A stretch of 64,000 nucleotides of DNA from an uncultured delta proteobacterium (lineage in GTDB: Bacteria; Desulfobacterota; Syntrophia; Syntrophales; UBA5619), in contig CAWFOM010000008.1 in NCBI GenBank assembly GCA_963817385.1, positions 128,001-192,000 on the forward strand. The letters run 5' to 3'. Shown here piece by piece: positions 50,711 through 62,039 of the stretch. Numbering within the stretch: position 1 is the first letter of the stretch; every line of letters begins with the position of its first letter. The position numbers and the translations under genes are program-made. The notes beneath the pieces were generated by a model. It was not told the origin of the DNA and made no database searches. It saw nothing but the letters and a program-made list of their open reading frames with translations.

Positions 50711-51433
50711 TTATATGGATAGAACCATGCATAAAAGCATCATCCCGTAGAGGACCGTAACGGGAGAAATTCCTCTGCGAACCCCGGTAAAACACAGGAT
50801 AATCAGGACCAGCACAACCGCCTTCACCGGAATTTCGGGGAGGAAAGTCCAGGAACGGTAGAACATCTCCCCGGCCACAGCCGAGAGGATACCGATCAGC
50901 GTAAGCGACAGAAGCCGTATTTTCCCGGCTACTCCAGGGAGGTCCAACATACGGATAAAGTCGATGCTCCCTTTGCCCCGGCGGTATCCCTCGATAAACC
51001 CTTTTCCTCTGACCCATAAGTGGGTAGGATTATGGAGAATCAGAAGCACCAAGGGCGCCAGGAGAACCCCCATCAGAGCCAGAAGAACGGCGGTGACGGA
51101 TGAAAATGACCTCAACGCCCCCCAGAAGAAGGGATCTCCTATCGCCGCATACGGCCCCATGACGGCCTTCTTCAGATGATCAGCCGCCTCGGTATCACCG
51201 TCTTCCTCAAGCCTCACCACAGAGCCGATGACCAGGCCGGTGAGGTAGGGATGAGTATTGAACATTTCCAGATGCCTCATGAGTGACGCCGAGCGACGTT
51301 GCGGATCACATTCCTGACGGGTCAGAGGCAACAGGGAAAAAGCGAAACCCAGACTCTGCATCCTGTAGAAGTTGAAGGAGGTCTGAATTGTCAGTGACCG
51401 CAGGAAAATGCGGAATAGCACCTTTTTTTTCAT
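50711..51433 (-). CDS. PTS mannose-family EIID-like protein
   Basis: SFNFYRMQSLGF, RHLEMFNTHP, MGPYAAIGDPFFW. Confidence 0.88.
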   Translation of the reverse strand: MKKKVLFRIFLRSLTIQTSFNFYRMQSLGFAFSLLPLTRQECDPQRRSASLMRHLEMFNTHPYLTGLVIGSVVRLEEDGDTEAADHLKKAVMGPYAAIGDPFFWGALRSFSSVTAVLLALMGVLLAPLVLLILHNPTHLWVRGKGFIEGYRRGKGSIDFIRMLDLPGVAGKIRLLSLTLIGILSAVAGEMFYRSWTFLPEIPVKAVVLVLIILCFTGVRRGISPVTVLYGMMLLCMVLSI

Positions 51434-51800
51434 GCTTACTACCCTCGCCGGGAACATCAGGCCAACCGATCGCGCCGTACGCGCCCTCTCTCCTCATGTG
51501 CATACGGAGAATCAAAGTACATTCCGGCACTGATTGATGGCGTTGCCTACCATGAAAGACATATGAAGTCAATCAATTCACCCCCCTGACGACACCGATT
51601 TCTCAGCGGTTCGGACAAGATATGTTTGCCGATTGGAAACCTGTCGGGGAATCGTATCCCCCTGCCATTCCCGGCGATCCGGTGTCGATATCTTTTCATA
51701 CCGGAATCACAATATTATTTTTCTAATTATCACAGGAGAAAATTTTTCTTGACATCGGGTTTTAATTTTGATAGCAAAGCACGCCTTGAAGAAAGGGAAT

Positions 51801-51851
51801 AACCGACCCGCTTGGCCATAACCATGGTTTTGAAAGCGGGTCGGTTTTTTT
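51801..51851 (+). terminator. terminator-like hairpin in the leader of the PxxKW gene
   Basis: AACCGACCCGCTT / AAGCGGGTCGGTT 13-bp stem followed by a T run. Confidence 0.55.
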
Positions 51852-51882
51852 AGGATTTTGTATACCTATCAAAAAAGAGGAG

Positions 51883-52170
51883 ATGAACATGATTTGTCAA
51901 ACCATCAAAAGCGGCATCGAGTGCGGCTTCATGACGAAGAAGGGTTGCGGATTCAACGGAGGCAGCTGCCTGTCCATCATCGATAAATGTGAAGGATGCG
52001 GCAAGATCATCGACTGTGCAACGGGAAAGTACTGCCGGGTTTATCCGGATCCGGCCGGAAAGTGGCGAACGGGGAAATGCCCGACGGCCACGCATATTAA
52101 AGTAGAGGTCAAGGAAACGACCCAGAAAGTCAATCCGCTGAAGGCTTCCAAGCGGGCCAGTAAGAAGTAG
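51883..52170 (+). CDS. PxxKW-family cysteine-rich protein
   Basis: C-rich pattern ending YPDPAGKW..GKCP.ATH and NPLKASKR. Confidence 0.85.
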   Translation: MNMICQTIKSGIECGFMTKKGCGFNGGSCLSIIDKCEGCGKIIDCATGKYCRVYPDPAGKWRTGKCPTATHIKVEVKETTQKVNPLKASKRASKK

Positions 52171-52249
52171 CGCGCCTCTCGTCATCTCGCTTGTTTTCCC
52201 CTTGCTGCCGGCAAGGAGGGCAGACAGGACAGGCCTACCACACAAAAGC

Positions 52250-52292
52250 AAAAGGCCGATTCGAAACCGGAGGGTTTCCATCGGCCTTTTTT
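52250..52292 (+). terminator. rho-independent terminator (possibly bidirectional)
   Basis: AAAAGGCCGAT...ATCGGCCTTTTTT. Confidence 0.65.
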
Positions 52293-52317
52293 CTTGATTG
52301 TGCTGTTGAGGCCTTGA

Positions 52318-52656
52318 CTACCTAAGGAGGTCTCTTATCTGCCGCAATCCCTTCTCTACTTCCGCGAGGATCTCTTCCCGCCCGTCTTTTGCAGGACATC
52401 CCTCCTCGCCCCGCATCTTCCGGAGCTGTTTCCTGGCTCCATTGATGGTAAAATTCTCTTTATACAGGAGTTTCCGAATCAGCAGGAGCTCCTCCACATC
52501 CCTGTACCGATAGAGTCGCTGATCAGATCTGGTGCGAATTGGCCTGACCGTTTTGAATTCCGATTCCCAGTAGCGGATCACGTAAGGCTGAACATGCAAC
52601 AATCTGCTGACTTCACCGATCCGGAAATAAGACTTATCGGGAATCGACCCATCCAT
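52318..52656 (-). CDS. MerR-family HTH regulator (ihfA-linked)
   Basis: IPDK.YFRIGEVS, VIRYWESEF, FTINGARK. Confidence 0.9.
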   Translation of the reverse strand: MDGSIPDKSYFRIGEVSRLLHVQPYVIRYWESEFKTVRPIRTRSDQRLYRYRDVEELLLIRKLLYKENFTINGARKQLRKMRGEEGCPAKDGREEILAEVEKGLRQIRDLLR

Positions 52657-52728
52657 AATCAAATCCCAATATCATGCATGATGTCCTGAAGTCCCCGCAT
52701 CCGGCTTGTGATTCACCCACTTCCGAAA

Positions 52729-52845
52729 TTGAGGCCTTCCGCAGCAAGCTGCGGAGAATCTCCGCTCCGTAAGGAACAGACCATTCAGTTTTCACTCGCC
52801 TACCCCGCGGCTGGCCGCGATAAATGGGCTCGCGGCTGGATTCAA
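52729..52845. mobile_element. short MITE-like insert with paired hairpins
   Basis: TTGA...TCAA ends; TCCGCAGC-AA-GCTGCGGA (52738-52755) and CGCGGC-TG-GCCGCG (52806-52819). Confidence 0.4.
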
Positions 52846-52858
52846 TCCGGATGTCGGA

Positions 52859-53134
52859 TCAGTCGTTGAGCGCCTTGCGAAGAACCTGACTGGACTTGAA
52901 GGTCAGCACTCTTCGGGCAGAGATGGCGATCTCATCACCGGTCTGAGGATTTCTTCCCCGCCGGGATTTTTTCTCCTTGACGACGAAATTTCCGAACCCG
53001 GAAATCTTGATCTTCTCACCCTTCGTGAGGCTGTTTTTGATAATATCGAAGACCGACTCGACGATCCTCGCCGAATCTTTCTTCGAAAATCCCAGTTTTT
53101 CGTACACGTCCTGAATGATATCGATCTTTGTCAT
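52859..53134 (-). CDS. ihfA: integration host factor alpha
   Basis: KISGFGNF, GRNPQTG, RRVLTFK.S; downstream of pheT. Confidence 0.93.
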   Translation of the reverse strand: MTKIDIIQDVYEKLGFSKKDSARIVESVFDIIKNSLTKGEKIKISGFGNFVVKEKKSRRGRNPQTGDEIAISARRVLTFKSSQVLRKALND

Positions 53135-53172
53135 TGCTTGCCTCCTCCTTTGATTCCCGATTGGTCTGTCCT

Positions 53173-55582
53173 TTATCTTATTGATGCCCCTGTCACATGA
53201 GTGATCTTCTGCACAATCCTCCCATGGACCTCATTTACCTCATCATCCGTCAATGTCCGATCTACCGAGCGATAGGAAAACCGCAATCCTAAGCTCTTCA
53301 TCCCTGCAGGGATATTTCGCCCTTCATATACATCAAAAATTTGAACTTTTTCAAGTAATTCTTCATGGGAATCAGCCGCCAGCCGGAGCATCTCTTCCGC
53401 CTCCCGATCACGACGGATCAGAAAGGCCACATCCCGTGAACTGGAGGGAAACCGGGGGATAGTGCGGAAGGGAATCTTCGCGGAAAAATGAGCCGCCAGG
53501 AGATCCAGATCCATCTCGCACACGACGATCTTTCCCGGCAGATCCAGGCGGGCCTGGAGATCCGGATGGATCTCCCCCAGAAAACCGACCATCTCGTTCC
53601 CACTGAAGACTCCACAGGATTTTCCCGGATGCAGGATGGTCTCGTGAATTCCGGACCGGAATGAGGGAGAGGGAATCCGGAGCACATCCAGCATGTTTTC
53701 GACACATCCCTTCAGATCATAGAAATCCGCCAGTAAATCCCGCGAATGCCATCGGTCTTCATAACGCAGACCGGTGATGAGACAGGCCATGCGGTTCTGT
53801 TCGAGGGGCTGCTTCCCTTCACCGCGCCGAATAAAGGTCCTGCCCACCTCGAAGATCTTGAGATCGAAACGGCCGCAATCCGCGTTTCTTTTAGCGTTGA
53901 GCAGAAGGCTGTAGGCCATCGTCGTCCGCATGACCGCCTGTTCTTCCGTCAGCGGATTTCTGATCATGACATGGCCGCGCCGCTCGTCCTTTTCTCCCAG
54001 GCCGAGCTGATCAACGGCTTCCGGAGAGATGAAGCTGTAGTTGATCACCTCCGTATAACCGGCGCCGGTCATGATTTTCCGGAGCCGCTCTTCGACCGTA
54101 CTCTTCTCCTGCGTTATCCCGGCGATCACCGACACGGCGGGAAGGGTCACCGGCACCCGGTCATACCCGTACAGCCGGGCGATCTCTTCGATGAGATCGA
54201 TCTCCCGTGCGATATCGACCCGGCAGGTCGGGGGGGTGACTGCGTATCGCCCTTTTCCGTCAGGCTCCACGGTCATCTCCAGGCTTTTCAGGACGCGAAC
54301 CATCTTCCTTTCGGGCACCGCTGTTCCGAGGATATCCCTCACCCGCTTGACGCGCAAGGGAATTCTCTGCGCTACCGGGACCGGTTGGGGATATTGATCG
54401 ATCACCCCCCTGCAGAGAGTCCCTCCGGAAAGCTCTGCCATAAGCCGTGCCGCCCGGTTGAGCGCGCGAACCACCCCTTCCGGATCGATCCCCCGTTCGA
54501 ACCGAAAGGCGGCGTCGGTCCCCATGGCCATCGCCCGCGAGGTTCTGCGGATGGATGCGGGGTTGAAATAGGCGCTTTCCAGGAGGACCGTCTCCGTATC
54601 CTCTTTGACCTCGGAATTGAGACCGCCCATGACCCCGCCGATGGCCACCGGCTTGACGCCGTCACAGATCATGAGCGTGTCGGGGGGAAGGGTCCGTTCC
54701 TTCCCGTCGAGTGAAACGAACCGCTCCTCCGCACGGGACCTCCGGACCACGATTCTCCCCTCCTCCAGGAAACGGAAATCAAAGGCATGCAGGGGCTGAC
54801 CAAGCTCCATCATCACGAAGTTGGTCACATCCACGATATTATTGATCGGGCGAAGTCCGCCCGCCTCCAGCCTCTGCCTGATCCAGAAGGGAGACGGTCC
54901 GATCCGGATATTTTTGATGATCCGCGCCGTGTACCGCGGGCAGAGATCCGGATCGAGGATGGAAACGGAGGTGATCCCCGTAATGTCCTCGTCGGTCTCG
55001 ATCACTTCGACGGGCGGGTAGCGCAGCTCCTTCCCCGCGATGGCCGCCCATTCACGGGCCACGCCGACGACGGAAAGACAATCGGAGCGGTTCGGCGTCA
55101 CGCCGATATCGAAAACCGTATCCCGCAGGTTGAGGACATCCGCCAGCTCTTTTCCCAACGGAAGGCCGGACGGGAGGATCATGATCCCCGAGGCGTCATC
55201 ACCGATCCCGAGTTCCTCCTCGGAACAGAGCATTCCCTCCGAGGCCTCGCCCCTGATTCGCGAACTCCGGATGAGAAGATCGCCCGGCAGCGTCGCTCCG
55301 ACGAGCGCCAGGGGGACACAATCACCGATGCGGATGTTTTGGGCGCCGCAGACGACCGGATAGACCGCATCTCCCGTGGTGAGCTCGCAGAGCGACAAGT
55401 TTATCGGCATTGGGATGGGGTTTCAGGGAGAGGATCTTTGCCACCACGACCCCGCTGAAGGCCGGCCCCGTTTCTTTCACGGAATCCACTTCCAGCCCCG
55501 CCATGGTCAGCCGTTCGGCGAGCTCCGCCGGCGAGACATCAACATCCACGTAATCTCTGAGCCATTTCAGACTGACTAGCAT
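53173..55582 (-). CDS. pheT: phenylalanine--tRNA ligase beta subunit, frameshift near 55398
   Basis: MLVSLKWL, HPNADKL, VCGAQN, TPNRSDC, RFERG, RTLTD. Confidence 0.95.
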
Positions 55583-55668
55583 AAGGATTTTCTCTTGGAC
55601 AGGTTACCGGGCAGCGACGCGGGTTCAGGGTAAGGCCTGCCCCGTTTCATCCCCGGTTCCCGGATCGG

Positions 55669-56685
55669 TCAAAACTGTTCCAGAAATCTCAGATCGTTCT
55701 CAAAAAAAAGACGGATATCCGTAATCCCGAACTTGAGCATGGCAATCCTCTCCAGGCCGAGGCCGAAGGCAAAACCGGTGACCTCTTCCGGATCATAACC
55801 GACATTCTTGAACACCTCGGGGTCCACCATTCCCGAACCGAGGATCTCCAGCCAACCGCTCTGCCCGCAGACCCGGCATCCCTGGCCGCGGCATATGACG
55901 CACTGGATATCGACCTCCGCACTCGGTTCCGTAAAGGGGAAAAAGCTGGGACGGAACCGAAGCGCCGTCTCCTCACCGAACACCTGCTTGAGGAAAACGG
56001 TCAGGACCCCCTTCAGGTCACCGAAGGTGATGCCCCTGTCTACGAGGAGGCCTTCTATCTGATGAAACATGGGGGTATGGGAGATGTCCGAATCCCGTCG
56101 ATAGACGCGGCCCGGAGAGAGGATTCTCACCGGCGGTTTCGTCTTTTCCATGATCCGGACCTGAACCGGCGAGGTATGGGTGCGCAGGACGATGTTATCC
56201 TCGACGTAGAAGGTGTCCTGCATGTCCCGCGCAGGATGCTCTTTGGGAATGTTCAGCGCTTCAAAGTTATAGTAATCCAGCTCGACTTCCGGCCCTTCCA
56301 CTACGGAAAATCCGAGACCGGCGAAGATTCGGCAGATCTCTTCCCGCACCTGGGTTACCGGATGGATGCGGCCGTAACGGACACCTCTGCCGGGCAGCGT
56401 GACATCAATGCGCTCCGAGAGGAGGGCTTCATCCCGTTTCGATGAGGCCATTCCTGCAAGAATCTGATCGATCCTGGCGGAGAGCCCTTCCTTGACTTCA
56501 TTGCAATCTTTGCCGAACTGGGGCCTCTCTTCGGGAGGCACATTGGCGATATTGCGCAGCAGTCCGGTCAGAAGGCCCTTCCGGCCGAGATACCGGGTAC
56601 GGATTGCCAGGAGTTCCTCTTCCGTTTCGACTTTCCGAAGCTCGGCCTCCGCCTGTTCTCGAAGCGCCTCCAGCTCTCCCGTCAT
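55669..56685 (-). CDS. pheS: phenylalanine--tRNA ligase alpha subunit
   Basis: [33 protein letters not shown]. Confidence 0.97.
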   Translation of the reverse strand: MTGELEALREQAEAELRKVETEEELLAIRTRYLGRKGLLTGLLRNIANVPPEERPQFGKDCNEVKEGLSARIDQILAGMASSKRDEALLSERIDVTLPGRGVRYGRIHPVTQVREEICRIFAGLGFSVVEGPEVELDYYNFEALNIPKEHPARDMQDTFYVEDNIVLRTHTSPVQVRIMEKTKPPVRILSPGRVYRRDSDISHTPMFHQIEGLLVDRGITFGDLKGVLTVFLKQVFGEETALRFRPSFFPFTEPSAEVDIQCVICRGQGCRVCGQSGWLEILGSGMVDPEVFKNVGYDPEEVTGFAFGLGLERIAMLKFGITDIRLFFENDLRFLEQF

Positions 56686-57041
56686 GCCGTCCGATCACCC
56701 TTTGCTATGGTCACAATTTCCGAAAATCCGCGGGGATCATGAATGGCGAGCTCGGAGAGGACCTTCCGGTCGATTTCAACACCGGCCTTGTGCATACCGC
56801 TGATCAGGCGGCTATAGGTGATGTCGTTCATGCGCGCGGCGGCACTGATACGAGTGATCCAGAGCTTCCGGAAATCCCTTTTCCTGACCTTTCTGTCCCG
56901 GTAGGCATAGGCCATCGCGTGGTTCACGGCCTCCGTGGCCGTTCTCAACAGCCGGCTCCGGGAAAGGAAAAATCCCTTTGCCGCTTTCAGGATCTTTCTT
57001 CTCTTCTTGTGAGCCGTCATGCTTCTCTTTACCCTCGGCAT
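56682..57041 (-). CDS. rplT: 50S ribosomal protein L20
   Basis: MPRVKR, YAYRDRK.RKRDFR.LWITRI. Confidence 0.97.
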   Translation of the reverse strand: MPRVKRSMTAHKKRRKILKAAKGFFLSRSRLLRTATEAVNHAMAYAYRDRKVRKRDFRKLWITRISAAARMNDITYSRLISGMHKAGVEIDRKVLSELAIHDPRGFSEIVTIAKGDRTA

Positions 57042-57097
57042 TGCTTTATCTCCTCATCTCGTTGAAATATCCAGATAACAAAATAACGTTCAGTCGG

Positions 57098-57295
57098 CTA
57101 CAGATACGGGATCAACTTTCTGATCGCCTTTTCATTCGTCTTGTCAAGAATGGCCGATCTTCTCAACTGTCTCTTGCTTTTTGTCGTTTTCGGCGTCAGG
57201 ATATGGCTCGTATTGGCCTTGTGTCTCTTGATTTTCCCCGTTCCTGTCACGGAAAATCGCTTTGCAGCACCCCTGTGGGTTTTGATTTTTGGCAT
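57098..57295 (-). CDS. rpmI: 50S ribosomal protein L35
   Basis: [19 protein letters not shown]. Confidence 0.97.
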   Translation of the reverse strand: MPKIKTHRGAAKRFSVTGTGKIKRHKANTSHILTPKTTKSKRQLRRSAILDKTNEKAIRKLIPYL

Positions 57296-57402
57296 TCCAT
57301 CACCTCTCTGTAAAGATACTGAACCGTCTGCCGGTTCAGGCATATAAACTTATTAACGGAGACGACCCATCATTCGGAACATTCGGCTTTCCGAATGCCC
57401 AC

Positions 57403-57912
57403 TCACTTCTTCGGCGAGAGGATCATGACCATGCTTCTCCCTTCCAGTTTCGGCTGCTGATCTATCACGCAGCCATCGGCAAGGGTGTTCTTGACATCCT
57501 CCATGATCTTCCTGCCAATCTCGGTATAGGCAATCTCTCGCCCCCGGAACATCATGGAGATCTTTACCTTGTTGTGCTGTTCAAGAAACTTTTTTACATG
57601 TTTGATCTTGACCTCCAGATCATGTTCCTCCGTTTTTGGTCGGAGACGGATCTCCTTGACCTGAATGACCGTCTGGCTCTTTTTGGAGACTTGAATCTTC
57701 TTGCTCTGCTGGTATCTGAATTTTCCATAATCCATGATCCTGCAGACAGGCGGCGCCGCGGTGGGGGAAACTTCCACCAGATCGAGACCCGCCTTGGCCG
57801 CTTCCGCCAAGGCATCCGTCAGAGAAAGAACCCCCAACTGCTCCCCATCCATATCGATCACTCGGACCGATGTAGCCCTGATCTCACGGTTGATCCTTAA
57901 ATCCTTAGCTAT
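57403..57912 (-). CDS. infC: translation initiation factor IF-3 (AUA start)
   Basis: GGAGG-6 nt-ATA GCT AAG GAT TTA AGG ATC AAC, in frame with LDLVEV..PPVCRIMDYGKF. Confidence 0.93.
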   Translation of the reverse strand: MAKDLRINREIRATSVRVIDMDGEQLGVLSLTDALAEAAKAGLDLVEVSPTAAPPVCRIMDYGKFRYQQSKKIQVSKKSQTVIQVKEIRLRPKTEEHDLEVKIKHVKKFLEQHNKVKISMMFRGREIAYTEIGRKIMEDVKNTLADGCVIDQQPKLEGRSMVMILSPKK

Positions 57913-57941
57913 GGGTCACCTCCAAACACTTTTTTTTCAAA

Positions 57942-59860
57942 CTATTTGAACTGTGCACACTGTTCGCGGACAAGGGAAACGAATGCGTCCACGCCGATGG
58001 AACCGAGATTCTGTCCGTCCCGCTGCCGCGGAGAAACCTGGCCGGATGCCACTTCCCGATCACCGATCACCAGCATGAAGGGTGTTTTCTGCATCTGCGC
58101 CTCACGGATCTTGTAGCCCAGTTTTTCATTCCGGAAATCACCCTCTACCCGAATGCCCGCAGCGAGAAGACGACTCCGGACCTCCTCACCATAAGGGATA
58201 TGGTTATCCGTCACGGTCACCAAAACGGCCTGCACGGGCGACAGCCAGAGCGGAAACGCCCCCGCATGGTGCTCGATGAGCACACCCATGAACCGCTCAA
58301 TGGCGCCAAGGATCACCCTGTGGAGCATGACCGGACGGTGTTTCTCCCCATCCTCGCCGATATAACTCAGGTCAAACCGCTCCGGGAGGGTAAAATCGCA
58401 CTGGATGGTTGCACACTGCCACTTGCGCTTCAGCGCGTCTTTCAGCTTGAAATCGATCTTCGGTCCATAGAAGGCGCCATCGCCTTCGTTTACCTCATAG
58501 GTCATGCCGTTGTCCCGAAGAGCACCCTCCAGGGCACTGCGTGGCGAGCTCCCAGTCCTCATCCGAACCGATGGAATTCTCCGGACGGGTGGAGAGCTCC
58601 ACCTCGTATTCGAATCCGAAGATCCCCATGGCATAACCGACAAAATCGGCGATCGCCCGGATCTCGCTGTTGAGCTGTGCCGGCGTGCAGAGGATGTGGG
58701 CGTCATCCTGGGTGAACTGGCGAACCCGCATGAGGCCGTGCAGCACCCCCGCCTTTTCATGGCGGTGGACCGTTCCCAGTTCGAAATAGCGCAACGGCAG
58801 ATCGCGGTAGGAACGGATCTTTGCCTTGTAGATCAGCATGTGGGCAAGGCAGTTCATGGGTTTGATCCCATAGGTCTGTTCATCCACCTCGGTGAAATAC
58901 ATGTTTTCCCGGTAATGATCGAAGTGACCCGACCGCTTCCAGAGGTCGACCTTGAGGATCTGGGGTCCGATCACCAGATCATAGCCCCGCTTGAGGTGCT
59001 CTTTTCTCTCCCACTCCTCGATAAGGGTTCGCAGCAGGGTCCCTTTCGGATGAAAGATGACAAGACCGGGACCCGCCTCGTCGTTGAGCTGGAAGAGATC
59101 CAGTTCCTTGCCGAGACGGCGGTGGTCCCGCTTTTTCGCCTCCTCCAGAAGCCGCAGGTGTTCATCAAGCGCCTCCTGCGTCGCAAAGCCGGTCCCATAG
59201 ATGCGCTGGAGCATTTTGTTGCGTTCGTCACCGCGCCAGTAGGCGCCGGCCACATTGAGGAGCTTGAAGGCCCGGATCATCCCCGTCGACGGGACATGCG
59301 GCCCGCGGCAGAGATCGAGGTAGCCGTCCTGGGTATAGAGACTGACCGTCTTCACGTCCGCCGGCAGGTCATTGATGAGTTCTACCTTGTAGTGTTCACC
59401 CTTATTCCTGAAGAGATCCACGGCCTCTTCGCGGCTCACCTCCCTGCGTTCGAAGGGGTAATCCGCGGCGGCAATTTCCCGCATCCGGGATTCGATCCGT
59501 TCAAGATCCAGGAGCGTGAAGCTCTCGGCGTATTCAAAATCGTAATAAAAACCATCTTCAATGGAAGGTCCGATGGTAACCTGTACACCGGCGAAGGTAT
59601 CCTGTACCGCCTGTGCCATGACATGAGACATGCTGTGGCGGAGAATGGAAAGTCCCTCCGGTGAAGCGGCATCGATCAGCTCGATGGCGGCATCGCCGGC
59701 CAGGGAGTGGCTCAGGTCGACCGGCGTCCCGTTCACTTTCGCGGCAACCGCAGAGGCGAGCTTCTTCCCCCAAGCCGGCAAGTACCTCTTTTACCGTAAT
59801 TCCGAGCGGATAGAAAGACTCTTTTCCATCCGGCAGGATTATTTTTATCTGCTGCACCAT
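57942..59860 (-). CDS. thrS: threonine--tRNA ligase, frameshifts near 59770 and 58540
   Basis: [46 protein letters not shown]. Confidence 0.96.
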
Positions 59861-59999
59861 ATACCGCTTCCTATGAAGAAAGGGCATCAGCACTATGCGA
59901 TGATGCCCTCATCAAGATCTGCCGCCCGCTACAGACGCCTTTCCGGATCCACCATACCCGACCGTTTCCTTCCCTTTCGGGAAGGCAGCGTTATGTGAA

Positions 60000-60074
60000 T
60001 GGTAGGCACGCAGGGATTTGAACCCTGGACATCCACCGCGTCAGGATGGCGCTCTCCCCCTGAGCTACGTGCCT
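60000..60074 (-). tRNA. tRNA-Val(GAC)
   Basis: AGGCACG acceptor stem, CCATC-CT-GAC-GC-GGTGG anticodon arm, GGTTCAAATCC T-arm, encoded CCA. Confidence 0.95.
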
Positions 60075-60142
60075 ATAGAAAATCCTCCCCCCGGAAAGGG
60101 TGATCTATCTAACAAGAAAATACAGTGATGTCAAGGCAAATA

Positions 60143-60688
60143 TCACTCTTTTCCTGCGCGATTGATGAGAGCCACACCCCTCGCCATGTAATTCAGACCG
60201 GAAATGATGGTAAAAAGGGCAGTTACCCAGTAGATGGCCAATAGCCACAATTCATTGAGGTTACCGGGGAGGCAGCGGGTGGAAAGGGCCATCAGCACAG
60301 TAACCAGTTGCAGGGCAGTGGTGACCCTGCTGACGAAAACCGGTCGGATCTGCACGGGAATCGACATCATGGAAAGCACGGAGATGCCGAGCAGGATGAT
60401 GAAGTCTCTGCTTATCACGATCACCGTCAGCCACCCCGGAATGATGTGCAGAACCGACAGCGTTATAAAGGAGCTTGCCAGAAGCGCCTTGTCGGCGATC
60501 GGATCCAGATAGGCTCCGAGTACGGTCTGCTGATGCAGGACCCTGGCAAGAAATCCATCGAGAGCATCGGAAATGCCCGCTACAAGAAACACGATCAGCG
60601 CTTTGATGAACGAACCTTGGATGAGAAGGATGACAATGATCGGTACCAGAATGATTCTCAGGAGCGTCAGAAGATTCGGGATATTCAT
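60143..60688 (-). CDS. pgsA: CDP-alcohol phosphatidyltransferase (PgsA-like)
   Basis: NIPNLLT..R, SDALDGFLAR....T.LGAYLDPIADK. Confidence 0.85.
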   Translation of the reverse strand: MNIPNLLTLLRIILVPIIVILLIQGSFIKALIVFLVAGISDALDGFLARVLHQQTVLGAYLDPIADKALLASSFITLSVLHIIPGWLTVIVISRDFIILLGISVLSMMSIPVQIRPVFVSRVTTALQLVTVLMALSTRCLPGNLNELWLLAIYWVTALFTIISGLNYMARGVALINRAGKE

Positions 60689-60759
60689 GGTTCAGTTCTC
60701 ACCGGCATCAGATTTCGCGATCCTCTTCCTGTTCATGGTTATTCTCGCAAAAATCAGAG

Positions 60760-61348
60760 TCAGGAACCGATGGCATCAGGGCCGTCAGGCAATGTTTCCA
60801 GTGCCCGGTTTACGACCTCCTGAAGCGCCGGCTCATAAACCTGTGATGATTTCAATTCCAGTTGTTTGCGTGAGAAACCCCAATTACGGTGGACTACGCG
60901 GTGCTGAACATGCCAGAGGCTCTCTCCCGTTTTCGCGCTGAACAGCTCAAATTCAGCCTCCACCGCGGTGGCGGCATATAAGATACCGCGCCCCATCCCG
61001 CTTTCGTTCAGGATGGGGTACAAGACTGCGTCCACGTGGAGCATTTCTCCGATCACCTGCGGAGATACCTTCCCCCCGCCTCCGGGGGGAAGAGCGGACC
61101 AGCTTCTCATCGATCACTTTCACCGGGATTTTGGGATAGCCCTTGAAATAGAGTTCTTCGACGAGCTTGCTCCGCAGCATCTCTGCCGACTTCGGATCGG
61201 ACGAGCTGTTGATGATGGGCATCACGGCGATGAGCCGCATTCCCCGTTTACCGTAATCGGGCACGATCACATGCGGAATAGTTGCGGCACAGCCGGCAAG
61301 GAGAACAGCCGCCAGGAAAAACAATAACGGGTTGACTGCTTTCACCAT
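60760..61348 (-). CDS. lipoprotein (DUF799-like), frameshift near 61099
   Basis: Lipobox LAGC, IAVMP, L.VDAVL, TGE.LW. Confidence 0.65.
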
Positions 61349-61364
61349 TATCTCGTATACCCCT

Positions 61365-62039
61365 TCACCTGAGATGGACTTCCAGGATCTGGTCATCCTG
61401 CATTTGAATTTCCACCGCCAGTTTATCCTGAAGCCGTTCGGCCATCGTCTGGGTCGTTGCTTCTGCCGCAATATCAAAACGGGCCAGACCCCATGATGCC
61501 TCGCGCAGAATGATCTCCCGGATCTCCGGTATCTTTTCCTTTACCACTCCTCGGCATCTGAGATAATCGCTGTACGTACGGATCCCCCGTATGGTCAGGG
61601 AAATTCTATTCACGGGCGGTTTAAGCTGTGTCTGCCCGATCAACCCGAGCCCCCGGAGATCGTTCCTGATGCTGTCCGCCAAGACAGTCACCCGAATCGC
61701 CACGGTGTAGAGATCAAATGCGGTCATCTCGGAAACAATGCGATATTCCTGAATGAATCCTTCGGCCCGGTCGGTGATCTGCTCCTTGAGCACCGCGGAT
61801 TTCCTTGCCGCTTCCTGTGGTGTGAGCCAACGGCCAGCCACCTGTTCAACCGCCTTCAGCAGGGCATCCCGAACGGCCTCATTCCTAGCCCGGGCGAGAT
61901 CACTACCGGTAATCCGAGCGCTTCCCTCTGTTTCCACAGTCTGGGTAGGCGTAACATCCTCGGCAAGAGAAACTATAGGAAAACCGATCATGATCGCGAA
62001 AAGAAAAAAAAAGACTGACGGCAGCGGAATACTCTTCAT
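61365..62039 (-). CDS. secreted protein with FlgT N-terminal-like domain
   Basis: Signal peptide; V..EG.A.I...D...AR..A..DAL..AVEQ. Confidence 0.6.
   Translation of the reverse strand: MKSIPLPSVFFFLFAIMIGFPIVSLAEDVTPTQTVETEGSARITGSDLARARNEAVRDALLKAVEQVAGRWLTPQEAARKSAVLKEQITDRAEGFIQEYRIVSEMTAFDLYTVAIRVTVLADSIRNDLRGLGLIGQTQLKPPVNRISLTIRGIRTYSDYLRCRGVVKEKIPEIREIILREASWGLARFDIAAEATTQTMAERLQDKLAVEIQMQDDQILEVHLR

Noticed and set aside
53173..59860. Programmed frameshifting or pseudogenisation of thrS and pheT
   Set aside because: No consistent slippery motif, the genes are essential, and the same error type occurs throughout the window
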